Assembly: GCA_036309425.1 (NCBI GenBank)
Contig: JAXJTU010000097.1
Coordinates: forward strand, 124 to 64,123
Source: Agathobacter sp.
GTDB lineage: Bacteria > Bacillota > Clostridia > Lachnospirales > Lachnospiraceae
Direction of reading: 5' to 3'
DNA length: 64,000 nucleotides
Shown here: piece by piece, positions 38,195-47,320 of the stretch
Layout: each line of letters opens with the position of its first letter
Numbering within the stretch: position 1 is the first letter of the stretch
Notes under the pieces: model-generated
Databases searched by the model: none
Seen by the model: only the letters and a program-made list of their open reading frames with translations
What the model was told of the DNA's origin: nothing
Made by a program: the position numbers and the translations under genes

Positions 38195-39136
38195 CTAATC
38201 TCTTAATTCCTTACCAGTGATTTCGAGGAATACGTCATTTAAAGTTGGAAGCTCAGAGTGAACATGGCCAAATGAGTATTCCTTCTGCTGAAGGAAATCA
38301 AGAACACGGATAAGATTGTGTTTTCCACCATCACAGAGAATAGTAAGCTGATGATTGGCAAATTCAACCTCGTAAACATGTGGAAGCTTATTAATTTCTG
38401 CTATATCTGAGCTTGAGATATCAAGAATATCGATTGTGATGATTTCACGCTTTTTAATCAGTTTCTTAAGCTCATCCTTAGTACCAAGTGCTAAGTTTTT
38501 ACCCTTATCCACGATGGCAATTCTTGAACAAATCTGTTCAACCTCTTCCATGTAATGGGAAGTATAAATTATTGTAGCGCCGGCCTTGTTAAGCTCGAGA
38601 ATACCTTCAAGGATTTTATTTCTACTCTGAGGGTCAACCGCAACAGTTGGCTCATCAAGAATAATAAGCTTAGGCTTATGTGCAATACCGCATGCGATAT
38701 TTAATCGTCTAAGTAAACCACCGGATAATTTCTTAGGATAGAATTTCTTGAAATCATTAAGTCCTGTAAACTCAATGGCTTCCTCGACATACTGCTTTCT
38801 CAGATTCTTATCAGAAATGTATAATCCGCAGAAATAATTAATGTTTTCATAAACTGTAAGCTCATCAAAAACAGCAACATTCTGCATAACGACACCGATT
38901 TGAGACTTAATCTTATAATTATCAGGAGTCATTTTTTCTCCGAAAATCTCAATATCACCTTTGTCAAAAGCTAAAAGGGAAAGAATACAGTTAATTGTAG
39001 TAGTCTTACCGGAACCGTTTGGACCAAGTAAACCAAAAACTTCTCCTTCCCTGATATCCAGATTAAGGTGGTCAACTGCTAATAATTCTTTATACCTTTT
39101 GACCAAATTCGTAACTTTTACTGCTGAATCACTCAT
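38195..39136 (-). CDS. ABC exporter ATP-binding protein (LnrL/YfiL-like)
   Basis: GPNGSGKTT, LSGG, LDEPTVAVDPQSR, SHYMEE, VFLEITGKELRD. Confidence 0.93.
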   Translation of the reverse strand: MSDSAVKVTNLVKRYKELLAVDHLNLDIREGEVFGLLGPNGSGKTTTINCILSLLAFDKGDIEIFGEKMTPDNYKIKSQIGVVMQNVAVFDELTVYENINYFCGLYISDKNLRKQYVEEAIEFTGLNDFKKFYPKKLSGGLLRRLNIACGIAHKPKLIILDEPTVAVDPQSRNKILEGILELNKAGATIIYTSHYMEEVEQICSRIAIVDKGKNLALGTKDELKKLIKKREIITIDILDISSSDIAEINKLPHVYEVEFANHQLTILCDGGKHNLIRVLDFLQQKEYSFGHVHSELPTLNDVFLEITGKELRD

Positions 39137-39165
39137 ATTAATACCTCTTTTTTCATTTTTACTTA

Positions 39166-39329
39166 TTGGCTCCCGGTAAGGCGTCCATATATTTAGTGTT
39201 CAGACACGCTCTCGCTTGCTCACAACGTAGCGGTACTAAATTCGCCAAGCGCCGGTGGCACTTTGCTCATTAAGTGCCGACGTTGCTCGGACAGTCTTCA
39301 CACTTAATATATGGACGCCTTACCGGGAG
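39166..39329 (+). repeat. 160-bp palindromic element (E1)
   Basis: 30-bp arms 39170-39199 and 39300-39329 (1 mismatch), preceded by TTGG; core shared with E2. Confidence 0.93.
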
Positions 39330-39345
39330 ATTTACGATTACTGTA

Positions 39346-39412
39346 ATTATAATATAAAATATGAATGTCATTTGTTAGTGTCGGGTGTCAGGAGTTGGGG
39401 TGACATTTGTCA
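39346..39412 (-). promoter_or_regulatory. Putative response-regulator site and -10 box for the ABC operon
   Basis: Near-palindrome TGACATTTGTCA at 39401-39412, further TGTCA half-sites, minus-strand TATAAT at 39346-39351; divergent NarL-type two-component system. Confidence 0.55.
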
Positions 39413-39441
39413 TATTGCTATAAGTGTGGTAAATTTTAGGT

Positions 39442-40518
39442 ATGTTAGGAATTATTGAAAAAAACGCAATTTTGCTGGCGTCACTTATGGCGCTTTTAAT
39501 TTCATATAGTAAAAGTGAGGCGGGGTTAGAAGCGGTTATGCTTTTTCTGGTATCGCTTATTCTTACGGAGGCGGCTATTTATCTGGAAAAGCCTAAAGAA
39601 AAGTGCATTGTATTTGCTTTGTTTACCGTGCTGTGTTTAGTTCAGTGGCACTTTATTTTCTTTTTGCCGGTAGTTATTTTCTTTCTGGTGGAAGAACGCT
39701 TTTATCATGGATTATTTATCATAGGTTTCTATCTGATATTATATGTAAAAAGCGGTTCTGTTTTTGCAGTTGCAACAGAGTTTATGATTAGTGTCTTAGC
39801 AGGACTGCTTGCATATGAAAGCTCGCAGGCTTTAAGCTATAAGCAAAAATACAGACAGACAAGGGATTCTTCAGTGGAACTGGAGAATAAGTTAAAGCAC
39901 AAAAACAGGGAATTACTTGAAAGCCAGGATGCAAGTGTTTCGGTTGCTACCCTAAAGGAGCGAAACAGAATCGCTCGTGAGATTCATGATAACGTAGGTC
40001 ATATGCTTTCAAGAACAATTTTGCAAATGGGTGCTTTAATGACTATCTATAAAGAGGAGCCACTTCATGAGCAGATTCAAAGCATCAACAGTTCGCTTAA
40101 TGAGGCCATGAATAATATACGTGAGAGTGTGCACGACCTTCACGATGAGTCGGTGGATTTGAAGCTTTCAATTATTGAGGTGCTTAAGCCCCTGCAGGAA
40201 AAGTATGTTATAGATTTTGATTATGATATGTCGGATAAAGTATCAAGAAACATAAAATACTGTTTCGTTTCCATCGTAAAAGAAGCCACAGCCAACATAG
40301 TAAAGCACAGCAGCGCGAACAGGATATACATACTTATGCGCGAGCACCCGGGCTTTTATCAATTGGCAATAGAGGATAACGGAAAAGAAAAAATTGATAC
40401 AAAGCATGCCGGAATTGGTCTTACCAACATGAGGGACAGAGTTGAAAGCCTTGCGGGTAATTTCACAGTATCAGATGAGAATGGTTTTAAAATAATGGTT
40501 TCAATACCAAAATCGTAG
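39442..40518 (+). CDS. Sensor histidine kinase (HisKA_3 type)
   Basis: ERNRIAREIHDNVGH, EATANIVKHS, IEDNG, GIGLTNMRDRV. Confidence 0.93.
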   Translation: MLGIIEKNAILLASLMALLISYSKSEAGLEAVMLFLVSLILTEAAIYLEKPKEKCIVFALFTVLCLVQWHFIFFLPVVIFFLVEERFYHGLFIIGFYLILYVKSGSVFAVATEFMISVLAGLLAYESSQALSYKQKYRQTRDSSVELENKLKHKNRELLESQDASVSVATLKERNRIAREIHDNVGHMLSRTILQMGALMTIYKEEPLHEQIQSINSSLNEAMNNIRESVHDLHDESVDLKLSIIEVLKPLQEKYVIDFDYDMSDKVSRNIKYCFVSIVKEATANIVKHSSANRIYILMREHPGFYQLAIEDNGKEKIDTKHAGIGLTNMRDRVESLAGNFTVSDENGFKIMVSIPKS

Positions 40519-40544
40519 GAGATTTAATCAGAGGAGAGTAAATA

Positions 40545-41171
40545 ATGAGGATAGTAGTTGTCGATGATGACCAGATTGTTGCAATTTCACTTAAAACAAT
40601 TTTAGAGTCGGATGAGGAAATCGAAGTTGCAGCCTGCGGTAATGACGGAGCAGATGCAATAGAATTATATGAAAAAGAAAAGCCTGATATTTTACTGATG
40701 GACATCCAGATGAAGAAGGTATCAGGACTTAGCGCAGCAGAGGAGATAATGAAGAAAGACCCTGAGGCTAAGATATTACTACTTACTACTTTTTCAGATG
40801 ACGAATACATAATAAAGGCATTAGACATAGGTGTAAAAGGCTATATTCTAAAACAGGATTTTGACGGAATTGTTCCAGCGGTAAAGGCAGTCTACCGTGG
40901 GCAGAGCGTATTCGGAGGCGAGATTGTAAGTAAGATTCCGGTGCTTTCTTCCAGCAAAAGTGAGTTTGATTTTGCCGCATACGACATCGGACCAAAGGAG
41001 CAGGAAGTAATGGCACAGGTAGCACTTGGAAAAAGTAACAGGGAGATTGCAGAAACCTTGTTTTTGTCAGAAGGGACTGTAAGAAATTATATAAGCTCAG
41101 TACTAGAAAAACTGTCATTGCGTGACAGAACCCAGCTTGCAGTATTTTATCTCAACAAAGTTGTTAAATAG
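40545..41171 (+). CDS. NarL/LuxR-family response regulator
   Basis: VVDDD, LMDIQM, GKSNREIAETLFLSEGTVRNY. Confidence 0.95.
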   Translation: MRIVVVDDDQIVAISLKTILESDEEIEVAACGNDGADAIELYEKEKPDILLMDIQMKKVSGLSAAEEIMKKDPEAKILLLTTFSDDEYIIKALDIGVKGYILKQDFDGIVPAVKAVYRGQSVFGGEIVSKIPVLSSSKSEFDFAAYDIGPKEQEVMAQVALGKSNREIAETLFLSEGTVRNYISSVLEKLSLRDRTQLAVFYLNKVVK

Positions 41172-41365
41172 AATAAAAAAAGGACAATAAAAAACCAGCT
41201 CCCCCTGAGCTGGTATATCCCCATGTCTCCTAAAAGACTTAATATCTACTGACAAGATGAATTATATCAGAATAATGAACATAATACTACCCAAAAGTAC
41301 TATATGTTTTTTGTGCAAATTATACAAAGCGGTAGCCGGTTATAGAGTAAATATTATTTTTATGA

Positions 41366-41384
41366 TTAAGGTTTTATTAAGGTT
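41366..41384 (+). promoter_or_regulatory. OmpR-type tandem repeat upstream of the DUF975-RR-HK operon
   Basis: TTAAGGTT-N3-TTAAGGTT (11-bp period). Confidence 0.55.
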
Positions 41385-41452
41385 AACCCATTTTTATAAT
41401 AAGTTTCCAAGTGTACCATATAAGCATAGAATACAAACAGGGAGGAACTATT

Positions 41453-42262
41453 ATGTGGAGCATTTCAGAATTAAAACAAAAAGGTAAAATATCATTCAAA
41501 AGAAATTATTGGAAAACAGTTTTAGTCTCAATACTATTTGTCCTGGTTACAGGAGGTATTTCAGGCGGTTCGTATGGAGGCGGAGACTCTCAGACACAGA
41601 TAGAAACAGACTATAACGACTTTAAAGATGACATAAGTGATTCTGACAACTTCAAAATAGACGAAAGCATATTAGATGAAATAACAGCTGGACAGATTGC
41701 AGTGATTGTATTAGTATCTCTGCTAATATTCTTCATAGTATTTTCAATTTGCCTGGCAATTGGTTTAGCAATAAATGCATTTATTATTAATCCAATAGAG
41801 CTTGGAACAAAACGATTTTTCATAAAGAATTTAAATGATGTTGCACAGGTAAAAGAAATCGGATTTGGATTTGACAATTGTTATAAAAATCATGTAAACA
41901 TTTTGTTTTTCAGAGATTTATACACAGTACTCTGGAGCTTGCTTTTTATCATACCGGGAATTGTAAAATCATACGAATACAGAATGATTCCATACTTACT
42001 TGCAGAGCATCCTGATATGCCAAAAGAAGTAGCATTTGCAGAAAGCAAAAGACTTATGTCTGGAAACAAATGGCATGCATTTTTATTAGACCTTTCATTT
42101 ATCGGATGGGCATTATTATCATTAATAACAGCAGGAATAGTTGGAGTATTTTATGTGTTCCCATACAAAAATATGACAAATGCCGCATTATACGAGAAAT
42201 TATGTTATACTAAAAATAACGCATTCTATGACACACCAGAGCAGACAATATACAACCAGTAA
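41453..42262 (+). CDS. DUF975-family membrane protein
   Basis: LWSLLFIIPGIVKSYEYRMIPYLL, SKRLMSGNKW..FLLDLSFIGW; ATG after GGGAGG. Confidence 0.88.
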   Translation: MWSISELKQKGKISFKRNYWKTVLVSILFVLVTGGISGGSYGGGDSQTQIETDYNDFKDDISDSDNFKIDESILDEITAGQIAVIVLVSLLIFFIVFSICLAIGLAINAFIINPIELGTKRFFIKNLNDVAQVKEIGFGFDNCYKNHVNILFFRDLYTVLWSLLFIIPGIVKSYEYRMIPYLLAEHPDMPKEVAFAESKRLMSGNKWHAFLLDLSFIGWALLSLITAGIVGVFYVFPYKNMTNAALYEKLCYTKNNAFYDTPEQTIYNQ

Positions 42263-42280
42263 AAAGGGTTAGGGAATAAT

Positions 42281-42973
42281 ATGACATATACAATTTTAGT
42301 AGCAGATGACGATAGCAATATCCGTGATCTGCTACGTCTTTACTTAGAAAATGAAAAATATAACGTAATCGAGGCCGAAGACGGCATGCAGGCATTAGAA
42401 TATATCAGAAGGGAACATATAGACATGTGCATTCTTGATATTATGATGCCAAAACTTGACGGATATCATGTACTAAAAGGAATCAGACAAAGCAGTAACA
42501 TGCCAGTAATGATTCTGTCAGCAAAAGACGCAGATACGGAGAAAATATTAGGCTTAAACTTAGGCGCAGACGATTATATGGCAAAACCATTTAATCCTTT
42601 AGAAGCAGTGGCCCGTGTTAATTCAAACATCAGAAGGTTTTACAGTCTGGGCGCGACAGGACAGACCACATCCGACACAATAAAGGTAGGCGATTTAGAG
42701 TTAGACCGCGAATCATGTGTGCTTAGAAAAAATGGCCAGCAGATAGATTTGACATCAGTAGAATACAAGATAATGGAGCTTTTCATGGAGCATCCGGGAA
42801 AAGTATTTACAAAGCAGCAAATCTATGAATATGGATGGGGAGAGGAATATATAATTGCCGACAATAATATAATGGTATGTATAAGCAAGCTTCGAACCAA
42901 GCTAGGTGATGGCAATTATATAAGAACAATAAGAGGATTAGGATATCGACTAGACAATGGAAAACAGCCTTAA
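42281..42973 (+). CDS. OmpR-family response regulator
   Basis: LDIMMP, GADDYMAKPF, IRTIRGLGY. Confidence 0.95.
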   Translation: MTYTILVADDDSNIRDLLRLYLENEKYNVIEAEDGMQALEYIRREHIDMCILDIMMPKLDGYHVLKGIRQSSNMPVMILSAKDADTEKILGLNLGADDYMAKPFNPLEAVARVNSNIRRFYSLGATGQTTSDTIKVGDLELDRESCVLRKNGQQIDLTSVEYKIMELFMEHPGKVFTKQQIYEYGWGEEYIIADNNIMVCISKLRTKLGDGNYIRTIRGLGYRLDNGKQP

Positions 42974-44144
42974 GAAATTTATAATCAAAAAATTCGTACT
43001 AGTACTTTTATGCGTAGGAATAATAGAAAGTATAATAAGTTTTTTAAATTCATTAGTAATATTTCCCCTGATGAATGCAATTTTTAATCTTAACGTATCA
43101 AGAAAAAACTTAAGCCTGTCAGGAAAAGAGTTTATAATTCTATGCATTTTTATTATATTGATGTTTCTTTTGGGACTGCTTTCACAAGCAGTTCCAGGAA
43201 TTTTAGACAAAACAATAGACTGGGCAATGTCGGGCCTGCAATCAGCTTTGGGTAAAGCAATTCCCCAGCTTCAAGGTGAAAAAATCCTAAATGAGGTATC
43301 TGGTAATCATTCAATATTTTTAGCATTTTTTATAATAGCAATAATCACAGTAATCTTGCTCCCATACATTATCGGAGCAATATATTTTGCAAAGGTTACA
43401 GTAAAAGAAGTCTCCAAACTCCAACAAATAAGAGATGAAGAAAAAAAAGAATACGACAGACGAAGAAACCTCATGCTATCAGATATAGCTCATGACTTAA
43501 GAACACCAATGACTACCGTCACAGGATACGCAAAGGCCTTATCTGATGGAATGATAACAGACGAAACAAAGAAACAGGAATATCTTGCAATTATCCAGAA
43601 TAAAGCTGCAAGAATGGATGATTTAATTAACTTGTTATTTGATTATGTAAAGTTAGACAGCGATGGCTTTTCACTCGATAAGCAAAAGCTGGATTTGTGT
43701 GAGCTGCTACGAGAAAACGCAGCATTGCTTTATTCAGATTTAGAAGATAATGGCTATATTTTTGATATAGATATCCCGGAAGAAAAATATTTTGTAGAAG
43801 CAGACCGGGTACAGCTTTCAAGAGTAATCACAAATCTGCTGGTAAATGTAATGCGCCACAATGAAGCAGGAACAAAAGTATTACTTCGCATGATAATAAC
43901 TGAAAGAACCGCCAAAATTCAGGTGGCAGACTCAGGAGTAGATATCCCAAAAGAACAGGAGCAGAATATTTTTGAACCATTTGCCAAGATGGATAAGTCA
44001 CGAACAAATTCCTCAGGAAGTGGATTAGGATTGTCGATTGTAAAGAAGATTGTGGATAAACATGGCTATTCAATCCAATTGACCCATGATGTAAAGCTTT
44101 ATACAAAGGCATTTGAGATTGAAATTGCAAATTTAGCGAATTAA
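42957..44144 (+). CDS. Sensor histidine kinase (HisKA)
   Basis: DIAHDLRTP, NLLVN, IFEPF, GSGLGLSIV. Confidence 0.93.
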   Translation: MENSLKKFIIKKFVLVLLCVGIIESIISFLNSLVIFPLMNAIFNLNVSRKNLSLSGKEFIILCIFIILMFLLGLLSQAVPGILDKTIDWAMSGLQSALGKAIPQLQGEKILNEVSGNHSIFLAFFIIAIITVILLPYIIGAIYFAKVTVKEVSKLQQIRDEEKKEYDRRRNLMLSDIAHDLRTPMTTVTGYAKALSDGMITDETKKQEYLAIIQNKAARMDDLINLLFDYVKLDSDGFSLDKQKLDLCELLRENAALLYSDLEDNGYIFDIDIPEEKYFVEADRVQLSRVITNLLVNVMRHNEAGTKVLLRMIITERTAKIQVADSGVDIPKEQEQNIFEPFAKMDKSRTNSSGSGLGLSIVKKIVDKHGYSIQLTHDVKLYTKAFEIEIANLAN

Positions 44145-44244
44145 AGCAGTATAATTTGCATAAAAAAATATTTAAAATTATTAAATTAACTGCTATTATT
44201 TACATAGAACAATTTATATTTACTAAAAAAGGAGGCAAAATAGT

Positions 44245-44697
44245 ATGGGTACAGAAATATTTGTCATAATATGGCTGATACTTACTATCATATTTGTCGT
44301 AGCTGAACTAGCAACGGTCGGGCTTATTTCAATATGGTTTGCCGCAGGAGCACTTATCAGTTTATTTGCTGCAATGCTCGGAGCACCGCTACCGGTTCAG
44401 ATAGTTTTATTTTTGGCAATATCGATAGGACTTCTTCTGGCAACAAGACCTTTAGCCAACAAGTTTATCAACAGTAGAACACAGGCGACAAACGTTGATA
44501 GTTTAATTGGACAAAAGGCTCGTGTAACAGAAAGAGTAAGTAACTTAGATCTTACCGGCAAAGCAATTGTCCGCGGACAGGAGTGGACCATCAGAGCCGA
44601 TAATGATAATGAAATTATTGATCAGGGGGAACTGATCGAGGTGCTTAGAGTAAGCGGTGTAAAATTAATCGTTAGAAAAGCACAACAAACAAATTAA
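44245..44697 (+). CDS. NfeD-family protein
   Basis: TM N-terminus, TNVDSLIG, GQEW OB-fold; adjacent to an SPFH gene. Confidence 0.88.
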   Translation: MGTEIFVIIWLILTIIFVVAELATVGLISIWFAAGALISLFAAMLGAPLPVQIVLFLAISIGLLLATRPLANKFINSRTQATNVDSLIGQKARVTERVSNLDLTGKAIVRGQEWTIRADNDNEIIDQGELIEVLRVSGVKLIVRKAQQTN

Positions 44698-44725
44698 TAT
44701 TTTAAAGGGAAAAGGAGGAACTAAA

Positions 44726-45658
44726 ATGCCAGGATTAATAGCACTTTTAGTCATAGCAGTAATTATTCTGCTAATTCTTGTTAACTGCATTAAAATCGTA
44801 CCACAGGCACACGCTATGGTAATTGAACGTTTAGGCGGTTATCTTACAACATGGCCAGTAGGTATTCATTTAAAAATGCCATTCGTTGACCGTATAGCAA
44901 AGAGAGTAATCCTTAAGGAGCAGGTTGTTGATTTCCCACCACAGCCAGTTATCACAAAGGATAACGTTACAATGCAGATTGACACTGTAGTTTATTTCCA
45001 GATTACAGATCCAAAGCTTTATGCTTACGGTGTTGAGAACCCAATCATGGCAATCGAGAATCTTACAGCAACAACACTTCGTAACATCATTGGTGATTTA
45101 GAGTTAGATGAGACTCTTACATCACGTGAGACAATTAACACAAAGATGCGTGCAACACTTGACGTTGCAACTGATCCATGGGGAATTAAGGTTAACCGTG
45201 TAGAGCTTAAGAACATTATTCCACCAAAGGCTATCCAGGATGCAATGGAGAAGCAGATGAAGGCAGAGCGTGAAAGACGTGAGGCTATTCTTCGTGCAGA
45301 AGGTGAGAAGAAATCTACAATTCTTGTTGCAGAAGGTAACAAAGAATCAGTTATTCTTGATGCTGAGGCTGAGAAGCAGGCAGCTATTCTTCGTGCAGAA
45401 GCTAAGAAGGAAGCAACAATTCAGGAAGCAGCAGGACAGGCAGAAGCTATTCTTAAGATTCAGCAGGCTAACGCAGATGGTCTTAGAATGTTAAAGGAAG
45501 CTGCACCAGACGGAGCTGTATTACAGCTTAAGAGCTTAGAGGCATTTGCAAAAGCTGCAGATGGAAAGGCTACAAAGATTATTATTCCTTCAGAGATTCA
45601 GGGAATTGCTGGACTTACAAAGTCAATTGCAGAGGTTGCATCTGACAAACAGGTATAA
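44726..45658 (+). CDS. SPFH/band-7 (QmcA/paraslipin-like) protein
   Basis: VITKDNV, TTLRNIIG, WGIKVNRVE, QMKAERERR. Confidence 0.93.
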   Translation: MPGLIALLVIAVIILLILVNCIKIVPQAHAMVIERLGGYLTTWPVGIHLKMPFVDRIAKRVILKEQVVDFPPQPVITKDNVTMQIDTVVYFQITDPKLYAYGVENPIMAIENLTATTLRNIIGDLELDETLTSRETINTKMRATLDVATDPWGIKVNRVELKNIIPPKAIQDAMEKQMKAERERREAILRAEGEKKSTILVAEGNKESVILDAEAEKQAAILRAEAKKEATIQEAAGQAEAILKIQQANADGLRMLKEAAPDGAVLQLKSLEAFAKAADGKATKIIIPSEIQGIAGLTKSIAEVASDKQV

Positions 45659-45761
45659 TAATTAATATTCCAATTGAATAAAATAGTATAAAAGTGTACA
45701 ATAAAGCTAATTTGTTTTTTGAGGCAGATTAGCTTTATTTTTTGATTAGGAGATTGGGAGA

Positions 45762-47159
45762 ATGAAAGAAACAAAACAAAACAGAAGTACATTTACAGGC
45801 TCAATCGGGTTTGTAATGGCTGCAGCAGGAAGTGCTGTAGGATTAGGAAATATCTGGAGATTTCCTTATTTGGCTGCTAAGAATGGTGGAGGAACATTCC
45901 TTTTTGTATACATTATCTTAGCGCTTACATTTGGTTTTGCACTTCTTACAACAGAAGTAGCAATCGGAAGAAAGACTAAGCAGGGACCACTTACTGCTTA
46001 CGGAATGATTCACAGGAAATTTGCAGCGACTGGATTTTTCGCGTGGTTAGTTCCAATTATTATTCTTCCATATTACTGTACAATTGGAGGATGGGTACTT
46101 AAGTATCTTGCATCTTTTATTACCGGGGCAGGAGCTAAAGCAGCAGAGGATGGATATTTTACAGGGCATATTACAAGTACATGGTCACCAATTATCTGGC
46201 TTTTTGTATTTCTTGGAATTACAAGCTTTGTCGTAATCAGTGGTGTTGAGAAGGGTATTGAAAAGTTCAGCAGAATTCTTATGCCGATTCTTTTACTGCT
46301 TGTAGTCGGTATATCAGTATTTTCGCTCACAATTAATCACACACATGCATCTGGTGTTACAAGAACAGGTTTAGAAGGCTTTAAGATTTATGTTACTCCG
46401 GATTTTAGTGGTATGGATCTAAAAGGCTTTATGACATTACTTCTTGATGCAATCGGACAGCTGTTTTTCTCAATAAGCGTTGCCATGGGTATCATGGTTA
46501 CATATGGTTCATACGTTTCTGATGATACAAACCTTATGAAATCAATTAATCAGATTGAGTTTTTTGATACATTAGTAGCTGTACTTGCAGGACTTATGAT
46601 TATTCCTGCAGTATATGCATTCATGGGTGTGGAAGGAATGTCAGGTGGACCAGGACTTATGTTTATCTCACTTCCAAAAGTATTCAATGAAATGGGCAAA
46701 TTGGGAGTTGTAATTGGAATACTTTTCTTCCTCATGGTAACATTTGCTGCAGTTACATCAAGCGTATCCGTAATGGAGGCAATTGTATCAGGACTTATGG
46801 ATAAGTGGAAAATCAGCAGAAGAAAGAGTGCAATTATTACAACAGTATATGCTGTTGTAATGGGACTTGTGGTGTGTCTTGGATATAATGTGTTCTATTT
46901 CGAGTTAAAGCTTCCAAATGGAGCTGTTGCACAGATTCTTGACCTTATGGATTACATAAGCAATAGTGTACTTATGCCTATAGTTGCACTTGTTACATGT
47001 ATTTTAATTGGCTGGGTTGTGAAACCTAAAGTGATTACAGATGAAGTTAAAAAGGGTGGATACAAATTCGGAAGAGAATTTATTTATAAGGCAATGATTA
47101 AGTTCATAGCTCCAATACTTCTTTTCATATTGCTATTACAGTCAGTTATTCCTGCATAA
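45762..47159 (+). CDS. Sodium-dependent transporter (SNF/NSS family)
   Basis: GSAVGLGNIWRFPY, QLFFSIS, YGSY, GPGLMF. Confidence 0.93.
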   Translation: MKETKQNRSTFTGSIGFVMAAAGSAVGLGNIWRFPYLAAKNGGGTFLFVYIILALTFGFALLTTEVAIGRKTKQGPLTAYGMIHRKFAATGFFAWLVPIIILPYYCTIGGWVLKYLASFITGAGAKAAEDGYFTGHITSTWSPIIWLFVFLGITSFVVISGVEKGIEKFSRILMPILLLLVVGISVFSLTINHTHASGVTRTGLEGFKIYVTPDFSGMDLKGFMTLLLDAIGQLFFSISVAMGIMVTYGSYVSDDTNLMKSINQIEFFDTLVAVLAGLMIIPAVYAFMGVEGMSGGPGLMFISLPKVFNEMGKLGVVIGILFFLMVTFAAVTSSVSVMEAIVSGLMDKWKISRRKSAIITTVYAVVMGLVVCLGYNVFYFELKLPNGAVAQILDLMDYISNSVLMPIVALVTCILIGWVVKPKVITDEVKKGGYKFGREFIYKAMIKFIAPILLFILLLQSVIPA

Positions 47160-47320
47160 CAAACGAAAATTATCACAAGCTGCAATATTCAGATTATTGA
47201 AATTGCAGCTTTTTCTATAATCATTTTGTCTTTGATAAAGTAGGCGTAAAGTGGTATACTCTGTAGTATATGTGAGAACTTTATCCTTACGTAAGTAAGG
47301 AAGGTTTTAAGGAGAAATAT

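Noticed and set aside
39166..39329. Palindromic elements as retron msr-msd, integron attC sites or enterobacterial REPs
   Set aside because: No reverse transcriptase or integron integrase in the window and no RYYYAAC/GTTRRRY ends. The CCG(A/G)TAAGGCG resemblance to E. coli REP is short and lacks the GTAG foot.
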